From positions 540,001 through 572,000 of the forward strand of contig NC_022093.1 in assembly GCF_000446015.1 (NCBI RefSeq): 32,000 nucleotides of DNA. Reading direction: 5' to 3'. This DNA is from Thermofilum adornatum (lineage in GTDB: Archaea; Thermoproteota; Thermoprotei; Thermofilales; Thermofilaceae). A program made the translations under genes and the position numbers. The notes under the pieces were generated by a model. It saw only the letters and a list, made by a program, of their open reading frames with translations. It made no database searches and was not told where the DNA came from. Of this stretch, positions 25,719 through 32,000 are shown one piece after another. Numbering within the stretch: position 1 is the first letter of the stretch; the number at the start of each line of letters is the position of its first letter.

Positions 25719-28700
25719 ATGCATGATTACGAGCTGGGCGCAGTCTACAAGTCGATGTGCCCTAACTGTGGCGGAGACATCAGCGACCACCGTTTAGCCA
25801 GCAAGACCCCCTGTAGGGTATGTTTACCAGAAGACAAGCTATCCGAGCTAAAAAATACAGCAACTGGGAAGAAACATAGAGGAAAAAATGTCGACGACTT
25901 CCTTGCACATCTAGAACAGGTAATCCGGCTACTTGAGGCTCAGGGGACAAAGAAAGAACTGGAAAAGTTTTACAATGTGGAAAAGAAGTTGCTGGAGTTT
26001 GGAGAGTTTTTCTCCCAGGCACTAGGTAGCAGACCCTGGAGTGCCCAGAGGACTTGGGCTAGGAGGGTTTTCCTCGGAAAAAGCTTCGTGATTCTTGCAC
26101 CTACGGGTGTTGGTAAGACTGTTTTCGGCATTCTCACCGCCTTGTTTCTCTCAAAGGAAAAAAGAAAATCTTACCTTATTTTGCCTACCTCTGCTTTGGC
26201 GTCTCAAGTATACGAGAAGGCTAGAGCCTTCGCGTCAAAACTCGGCCTGGACCCGGAGAGCATCGTTATATATCATGGTAGTCTCTCGAAGAACCATAAA
26301 GAAGAAGTCATTGAGAAGATTCGAAGCGGAGGATACTCCGTCCTCATCACAACGTCCCAGTTTTTGGCCAGGAATTTTGACAAGCTGGAGGGTCAAAAAT
26401 TTGACTTTGTATTTGTCGACGACGTGGACAGCATAATAAAGTCTTCAAAAAACATTGACAAGCTACTCGTTCTGCTCGGTTTTTCCCGGGAAGACATTGA
26501 CCTTGCTTTAAGGACTATAAGAGAAACCTCGAGACTAACTCGCCTACTGCGGAATGGTAATGTATCTGACGAGGACAGGTTGCAGGTCGAAAAGTTGCGT
26601 GAAAAACTAAGGGAAAACCTGTCTAAGAGTGAACACGGGGTTTTAGTCGTGTCAACGGCGACCGGGAGACCCCGTGGGACAAGGATTAGGCTCTTCAGGG
26701 AACTTTTAGGATTTGAAATTGGTGCTCGAGGAGAGTTCCTAAGAAACATTGTTGACACTTATACCATTGTTGCTAACAAAGACATTGTCGAAAAAGCTGT
26801 AGAACTAGTGTCAGAACTTGGGGGAGGGGGTCTCGTCTTTGTTCCTATAGGGACCCAGGAAGACTTTGTCCTTCGTCTCGCTGGAGAGTTTGAAAAGTCT
26901 GGCATAAGAGCCAAAGTGCTGTATGGCAAGCACAAAGACAAAAACGCCATAAAAGAGTTTGAGGCGGGAAACGTTGACGTCTTGATTGGGACCGCTAGCT
27001 ACTACGGGACGCTTGTAAGGGGCCTTGACCTTCCACATGTCGTGAAGTATGTGCTCTTCGTGGGCGTGCCACACTTCAAGTTTTCATTGGATCTAGGCGA
27101 TATCACCCCGCTGCGCCTTGTCCAGATCGCTTCTAATGTCAGAAATATAGCTACAAAAGAAGATCAAGCCTCCCTGGACCGACTAATCCTATACCTGCGA
27201 GAGGCCCTACAAAACATGGAGCCTGGAGAATACATGGCTTTCACTAATTGTATAAAGGATAATTCCTGTACCGGAAAACTGGCAAGGGTCGCGGAGAGAA
27301 TCGACTTGTTGAAAAGAATAGTCGGGAAGTATCTTTCCTCCCTTGAATACCTGGACAGGCTCTCGAAAGAGACTTCCCTCATGATAGTGAAAGACGGAGA
27401 AACATTAAAGCTTCTGTTGCCAGACGTCATGACATATATACAGGCTTCTGGCAGAGCTTCACGTCTCTACGCCAGGGGTGTTTCAAAGGGACTCTCAATA
27501 GTCATATGCAACGACGAAATGTTCTTTGAAAAATTCAAAAAATTCACCAGTTTCTATGAGATTGAGTGGAAGCCTCTAGAAGAAATCAACCTGGAACAAT
27601 TAATGAGGGAAATATCCCACGAAAGACAGGTTATTAGGGAAATAATGGAGGGAAAGATCCCTGCAGAGCTAAAAACAGACCTAGTAAAATCTGCCCTAAT
27701 AATTGTAGAGTCGCCGACAAAGGCAAAAACCATAGCTAACTTCTTTGGCAAGCCCAGCCGAAGAAGGCTTGGACCCCTCATAGCCTACGAGGTGTCCTAT
27801 TCTGGATACATAATGAACATCGTGGCCACACAGGGCCACATATTTGACCTAACCACCCAACTGTACAGCTACGACTCTGCCAGGGATTTCTACGGCGTCC
27901 TCGTAATAAGACGAGACTCGAAACTAAGGTTTGCACCCGTCTTTACCACGATCAAGAGGTGCTTGAGGTGTGGGGAACAGTTCACCGATCCGCCTCTCCA
28001 GAAAATCTCCCTCCACGGCTCTGTGCCAAACACCCCGGTAAAGCCTGGTATAGTGGTCTGCCCGAAATGTGGCAGTGACAAGATCTTTGACAAAGCAGAG
28101 GTCATCAGGGCGCTACGTGAGCTGGCAATGGAGGTAGAAGAGGTCCTTATAGCCACAGACCCCGACACCGAGGGAGAAAAAATCGGCTGGGACGTCTACC
28201 TATCACTTGCCCCCTATGTGCGCAAAGTGAAACGCATAGAGTTCCACGAGGTTACCCGCAAAGCGTTCGAAGAGGCCTTGAACAATCCGAGAGAAATAGA
28301 CCAGAACCTTGTTCATGCACAGTATGTACGGAGGATAGAAGACAGATGGCTAGGATTCGCCCTAAGCAAGGCGCTTCAAAAACAGTACGGGTTAGCATGG
28401 CTTTCTGCGGGCCGCGTACAGACCCCGGTGCTCGGATGGGTCATCTCAAACTATGAAGAATCACTAAAAAGCAAAAAGTATGTCTTCTGGCTCACATTGA
28501 AGAGCATCGACAATACAGGCAAGCTCCAGCTACTCGTTGACACAGTACGCCTCGACGGCAAAACCCCACGCACAGTCGCAAGCGAAATGCAAGGCGCAAA
28601 AGTGGTTCTCAAGGAAGTACAACGCTCAGAGAAAACAGTCAATCCCCCACCTCCATTTACAACAGACACATTGCTCCGCGAGGCAAACACAGTCCTAAGA

Positions 28701-29558
28701 CTCGACGTAGACAAAACAATGAGGCTGGCACAGGACCTCTTCGAAAGCGGTCTCATCACCTATCACAGAACCGACAGCACGAGAGTATCCGACGTGGGCC
28801 TAGCAGTCGCCAAGAGCTACATCTCTGAGAAGATTTCTCCTTCAAGCTTTGTCCCGAGGAGGTGGGGCGAGGGGGGCGCCCATGAATGCATACGTCCCAC
28901 CCGTCCCCTAGACGTCGACGGACTTATGCAGATACTACGCCAAGGCGTCCTACAGCTACAGATAACCTTGACCCGTGACCACATCCGTCTCTACGACCTG
29001 ATTTTTAGAAGGTTTATAGCGAGCCAGATGCCTCCAGCAAAAGTCCTAGAAGTAACGGTAAAGGCGTCTGGCCCATACTTCGAGAAAGACCTGGCATTCA
29101 TCAAGGAAGTCCTAGAAGAGGGGTTCACCAAAGTCTTGCCCCTAAGAACTGGGATTACAAGTCAAGAGGGAGAATACATTATCGAGGACGTCGCCTACAA
29201 GAAAGTTGCAACAGTGCCTCTCTATACCCAGGCAGACATCATCAGGCTTATGAAGGAGAGAAACATTGGCAGACCATCCACGTATTCTAAAATCGTCAAG
29301 ACCCTCCTCGACAGAAACTACGTGTTCGTGGTCAAGGGCGGAAAGCTGGTTCCAAGTAGCCTGGGCAGGCAGGTCTACCAGTACCTCTCAGAGATGTTCG
29401 GCGACGTTATAAGCGAGAAGAAGACCGCAGAAGTCCTGGCAAAAATGGACCTCGTAGAAAACGGCGACGCCGACTACATAGATGTCCTAAACGAGTTCTA
29501 CAACGAGGTACACGAGAAGATATGCTCGAAAGTCCAGGAAGCATGTCCCCCACATTAA
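25719..29558 (+). CDS. rgy: Reverse gyrase
   Basis: 1279 aa with an N-terminal zinc finger (CPNCGG...CRVC) and SF2 helicase motifs (APTGVGKT, DDVD, SAT-like TATG, QASGRASR). The type IA topoisomerase domain contains ESPTKAKTI (Toprim), DPDTEGE, an inserted zinc ribbon CLRCG...CPKCG and the catalytic Tyr context ITYHRTDS. Confidence 0.97.
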   Translation: MHDYELGAVYKSMCPNCGGDISDHRLASKTPCRVCLPEDKLSELKNTATGKKHRGKNVDDFLAHLEQVIRLLEAQGTKKELEKFYNVEKKLLEFGEFFSQALGSRPWSAQRTWARRVFLGKSFVILAPTGVGKTVFGILTALFLSKEKRKSYLILPTSALASQVYEKARAFASKLGLDPESIVIYHGSLSKNHKEEVIEKIRSGGYSVLITTSQFLARNFDKLEGQKFDFVFVDDVDSIIKSSKNIDKLLVLLGFSREDIDLALRTIRETSRLTRLLRNGNVSDEDRLQVEKLREKLRENLSKSEHGVLVVSTATGRPRGTRIRLFRELLGFEIGARGEFLRNIVDTYTIVANKDIVEKAVELVSELGGGGLVFVPIGTQEDFVLRLAGEFEKSGIRAKVLYGKHKDKNAIKEFEAGNVDVLIGTASYYGTLVRGLDLPHVVKYVLFVGVPHFKFSLDLGDITPLRLVQIASNVRNIATKEDQASLDRLILYLREALQNMEPGEYMAFTNCIKDNSCTGKLARVAERIDLLKRIVGKYLSSLEYLDRLSKETSLMIVKDGETLKLLLPDVMTYIQASGRASRLYARGVSKGLSIVICNDEMFFEKFKKFTSFYEIEWKPLEEINLEQLMREISHERQVIREIMEGKIPAELKTDLVKSALIIVESPTKAKTIANFFGKPSRRRLGPLIAYEVSYSGYIMNIVATQGHIFDLTTQLYSYDSARDFYGVLVIRRDSKLRFAPVFTTIKRCLRCGEQFTDPPLQKISLHGSVPNTPVKPGIVVCPKCGSDKIFDKAEVIRALRELAMEVEEVLIATDPDTEGEKIGWDVYLSLAPYVRKVKRIEFHEVTRKAFEEALNNPREIDQNLVHAQYVRRIEDRWLGFALSKALQKQYGLAWLSAGRVQTPVLGWVISNYEESLKSKKYVFWLTLKSIDNTGKLQLLVDTVRLDGKTPRTVASEMQGAKVVLKEVQRSEKTVNPPPPFTTDTLLREANTVLRLDVDKTMRLAQDLFESGLITYHRTDSTRVSDVGLAVAKSYISEKISPSSFVPRRWGEGGAHECIRPTRPLDVDGLMQILRQGVLQLQITLTRDHIRLYDLIFRRFIASQMPPAKVLEVTVKASGPYFEKDLAFIKEVLEEGFTKVLPLRTGITSQEGEYIIEDVAYKKVATVPLYTQADIIRLMKERNIGRPSTYSKIVKTLLDRNYVFVVKGGKLVPSSLGRQVYQYLSEMFGDVISEKKTAEVLAKMDLVENGDADYIDVLNEFYNEVHEKICSKVQEACPPH

Positions 29559-29562
29559 CATG

Positions 29563-30090
29563 TTAGGCTGGGGACAACCTGTATAACTCCGCTATCCTAG
29601 CGTCACCCCTAATCCTCTTAATTATCTCTGCAACCCGTGGATGCACATATTTCTCCCAGTCTCCACCCTCGGCCATCAGCTTCCTGATACGTGTACCCTC
29701 GAGCACCTCCCTTTCGTGAAACGGTATCCCCTCAACCTGGAAACCCTCTTCCCTAAAAAGCAACTGCGACAAGGGATCATTCGTGTACACCTTGTCGAAG
29801 CAGGGAGACCAGCTAACCACAAGCCTCACCCAGAGAGAATGCTCGTTGTCAGTGTCGGGGACCACGCTGACCATAACCCTGTCAGCAAGATTTTCAGCTC
29901 TCAGGACTGCCTGAATCATTTCCAGCCTCTCCCCAACCGTAAACGGGTTCCTGAAACTATGCGAATACTGGGCACTACCAATAGCCAGAACCACCTCGGG
30001 CTCTCTCTCAAGAATCCACTTTAACGCCTCCAGATGACCGTTATGGAAGGGCTGGAAGCGCCCAAGGAACAAGGCACGCCTACAACTCAT
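29563..30090 (-). CDS. nadM: Nicotinamide-nucleotide adenylyltransferase (archaeal NMNAT)
   Basis: 175 aa with RALFLGRFQPFHNGHLEAL (HxGH), IGSAQ and NPFTVGER. Confidence 0.9.
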   Translation of the reverse strand: MSCRRALFLGRFQPFHNGHLEALKWILEREPEVVLAIGSAQYSHSFRNPFTVGERLEMIQAVLRAENLADRVMVSVVPDTDNEHSLWVRLVVSWSPCFDKVYTNDPLSQLLFREEGFQVEGIPFHEREVLEGTRIRKLMAEGGDWEKYVHPRVAEIIKRIRGDARIAELYRLSPA

Positions 30091-30164
30091 GGTTCACCTT
30101 ATTGGGGCTCCAAAATAAATTTCTTTGTTGTTCTGCACATGTAAAACAATCCCCGCACCAATCC

Positions 30165-30853
30165 CACCCAATTCATTCGTTTCTGATACAACAATCAATG
30201 GCAAAGCATTATATTGTTCGATGGGAATGGCTACAGCTTCTTTCAATTCATTCGTTTCTGATACATGCAAAATGGGTGCCCTTACTATGCCCAACTCTCT
30301 GTCCTTTCAATTCATTCGTTTCTGATACGTCATGGTACTTGGGAGACGGTAAGAGACATCAATTTATTTCTTTCAATTCATTCGTTTCTGATACGTATAT
30401 ACGTATGACTTAAGAATTTCACATACACTGGCGGCTTTCAATTCATTCGTTTCTGATACACATAAGGGGCATATATGTGAAGATCCGTATCTATAATGAG
30501 GCTTTCAATTCATTCGTTTCTGATACATTCCCAGGCAGGCAATAATAATTGCGGTCACGATGAACACCTTTCAATTCATTCGTTTCTGATACTTGTTCAC
30601 TGTGCCCGCGGAAAAAGGCGGCACGCTGAAGAACTTTCAATTCATTCGTTTCTGATACCGCCTTTTTCCTCGAGTCCATACAACAAAAATACAGAAAACT
30701 TTCAATTCATTCGTTTCTGATACCTATCTTCCGCTCGGCACTCGCCCAATCTTCAAATAACCTTTCAATTCATTCGTTTCTGATACAGACCTATGGTAGA
30801 ACGTATAGATCTATATAAGCAGCTGTTTCTTTCAATTCATTCGTTTCTGATAC
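30165..30853 (-). CRISPR. CRISPR array: 11 copies of a 25-nt repeat with 10 spacers, transcribed on the minus strand
   Basis: The plus-strand repeat is CTTTCAATTCATTCGTTTCTGATAC, which reads GTATCAGAAACGAATGAATTGAAAG on the minus strand. Copies start at 30165, 30240, 30304, 30370, 30435, 30502, 30568, 30634, 30699, 30762 and 30829. The copy at 30165 is degenerate (CACCC instead of CTTTC). Spacers are 38-42 nt, except the one next to the degenerate repeat (50 nt). Orientation is inferred from the ATTGAAAG 3' end, the degenerate far-end repeat and the A/T-rich leader on the right. Confidence 0.97.
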
Positions 30854-31185
30854 TGTTTCCCAGTGGTTTATTTTGTTGGGTGTTATTTATTTGTTTTGGT
30901 GTTGTGTGAAAGTGTTTTTGTGTAAGTGTTTCTCGTTAAGTACATTAATTTTGTTTTATTTTTCCTCGTTGTTGCATGTAAATGATATGGATCGGGAAGA
31001 GGGTCTAGGGAAGAATGTATTTTACAAAAAGGCTTCTTCCCGTAAAGCGTTAAAGCTTCCCGTGGAAAACATTTCTACAGAGATTTTTAGGGGAACCCTT
31101 TCCTCCCACCCCGTATCACGATGGAAAAATCTCTGTTTTTCTTTTTCATGATTTTTTATTTTATGTCTCTTTGGAAAATAGAGGG
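30854..31185 (-). promoter_or_regulatory. CRISPR leader region (non-coding, strand-asymmetric, low-complexity)
   Basis: A ~330-nt non-coding stretch between the last perfect repeat and the bud32 stop. The part nearest the array is T/G-rich on the plus strand (A/C-rich in the transcript sense), as is typical of crenarchaeal leaders. The track ORFs here (30873..31151, 31121..31309) are low-complexity and implausible. Confidence 0.7.
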
Positions 31186-31911
31186 CTATTGGGGTTTGTC
31201 TGGAGATGTTGAACGTTTTCTTTCACGTACGTATCTGCCGCGCATACGTATTTCTTTTACTTTCCGTAGTATTTGTGTGGTTTTTTCTTTTCCTCTGGCT
31301 TCACGGTAGCCTTTTACAAACGAGATGAACGCGGTGTCTAGGAGGGATGGGTGTGTGCTTTCTATTGCTCTTCTGAACAGGTGTATGTCTACTCCTGCGT
31401 CTTCGTCTCGGTTGGAGAAGAAGCCTAGGCCGAAGTCTATGATGACTGGCTCGCCGGCCTGGGTGAGTATGACGTTGCTCGTGGTGAGGTCTCCGTGTAC
31501 TATGTTTGCCTCGTGGAGAGCCCCTACTTCCCGGCCGATTGTTTGGAAAATTTTTTTCAGGTTTTCAGGCTGGGCGGTTCCCATGTATTCTTTGAGTCTT
31601 TCTCCCCTGATGAAGCTCGTTACGAGGATTCCCTCCTCGGGGTAGACAAGCACGACGCTGGGGACGCTTACTCCAGTGAGGGCGGCTTTGCTGAGTAGCT
31701 TTGCCTCGAGTACTGTTCTCTCGTATCTGAGAATGCGGTCGAGGTCCTCGTTTCGGTAATTCTTCTTTAGGCGGTACTTCACTACGACTTCCTGTCCAGA
31801 AAGGGAGCCCTTGAGAAGTACTGCTTCGGCACCGATGCCTAGGACACTTTCAATGGAAAGGCCCAGCCTGTCCTCGATGAGGCCCGCGAGCCTTGCTATT
31901 TTTGTCTCCAC
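31186..31911 (-). CDS. bud32: Kae1-associated kinase Bud32 (KEOPS subunit, RIO-like atypical kinase)
   Basis: 241 aa with a GTG start. It contains GAEAVLLKG...VVKYR, the catalytic loop [11 protein letters not shown] and IIDFGLG. It lies directly downstream of kae1 and overlaps it. Confidence 0.9.
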   Translation of the reverse strand: METKIARLAGLIEDRLGLSIESVLGIGAEAVLLKGSLSGQEVVVKYRLKKNYRNEDLDRILRYERTVLEAKLLSKAALTGVSVPSVVLVYPEEGILVTSFIRGERLKEYMGTAQPENLKKIFQTIGREVGALHEANIVHGDLTTSNVILTQAGEPVIIDFGLGFFSNRDEDAGVDIHLFRRAIESTHPSLLDTAFISFVKGYREARGKEKTTQILRKVKEIRMRGRYVRERKRSTSPDKPQ

Positions 31912-32000
31912 GGTATTTCGACCTCGTCCATCCTCCAGTAGGGCTGGATGTGGCTTTTCTCTACTGGTATCGTCACGCCGTGGACAAACGCCAGGGCCCC
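31896..32000 (-). CDS. kae1: tRNA N6-adenosine threonylcarbamoyltransferase Kae1, C-terminal 34 codons only (5' part outside the window)
   Basis: Absent from the ORF track. The reverse frame reads [34 protein letters not shown] with the stop TAG at 31898-31896. The ...W/R-x-DEV-x-x-PW ending is typical of archaeal Kae1. It overlaps the bud32 start by 16 nt. Confidence 0.7.
   Translation of the reverse strand, partial: GALAFVHGVTIPVEKSHIQPYWRMDEVEIPWRQK

Noticed and set aside
30119-30138. A possible twelfth, highly degenerate repeat (TTCTTTGTTGTTCTGCAC) between nadM and the array.
   Set aside because: It shows only patchy similarity to the repeat, and the 26-nt distance to the next repeat does not fit the 63-75-nt period. 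It may be an ancient remnant but is not supportable.
30094-30720. Track ORFs 30094..30294(-), 30102..30413(+), 30125..30325(+), 30491..30679(-) and 30496..30720(+), which contain recurring peptides such as SFNSFVSDT, SIHSFLI and VSETNELK.
   Set aside because: The recurring peptides are the 25-nt CRISPR repeat translated in different frames. These are not genes.
30873-31309. Track ORFs 30873..31151(+) and 31121..31309(+) in the CRISPR leader and bud32 3' region.
   Set aside because: They translate to Phe/Leu/Cys-rich sequences from T/G-rich leader DNA. The second also overlaps the well-supported bud32 gene on the antisense strand.

Overview
This is a 32-kb archaeal chromosomal window, almost certainly from a hyperthermophile. 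It encodes reverse gyrase, has crenarchaeal-style gene content and a CRISPR repeat ending in ATTGAAAG, and its structural RNAs are far more G+C-rich than the surrounding DNA. A Desulfurococcales-like organism is plausible, but the species cannot be determined without a search. The window is densely packed with core housekeeping genes. These cover transcription (spt5, spt4, rpoE'), translation (serS, aIF5A, aIF1A, eL37, eS6, LX, Sm), secretion (secE, ftsY, SRP RNA) and replication or repair (FEN1, ATP-dependent DNA ligase, reverse gyrase). They also cover cofactor and lipid metabolism (PPAT, NMNAT, CarS, a UbiD-like decarboxylase), hypusination (deoxyhypusine synthase), argF, a four-subunit 2-oxoacid:ferredoxin oxidoreductase and the KEOPS genes kae1 and bud32. 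RNA features are SRP RNA and a candidate RNase P RNA in tandem (8436-9125), an intron-containing tRNA-Ala(UGC), and an 11-repeat CRISPR array (30165-30853) with its leader on the right and no cas genes in the window. Two real genes are missing from the ORF track because they run off the window edges: the UbiD-like gene at 1-840 and the kae1 3' end at 31896-32000. I did not find a convincing new multi-gene system. The only clearly accessory elements are a solitary C5-cytosine methyltransferase with an uncharacterised neighbour, and the CRISPR array. The observations most worth follow-up are listed here.
- The RNase P RNA candidate has its P4 and J3/4 sequences departing from the near-universal motifs.
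- Two adjacent CRISPR spacers are about 75% identical over 28 nt in reverse complement.
- An EF-Tu/SelB-like protein has lost all of its GTPase motifs.
- The methyltransferase carries substitutions in motifs IV, VIII and X.
- FEN1, DNA ligase and an MBL-fold gene form a tight co-oriented cluster.
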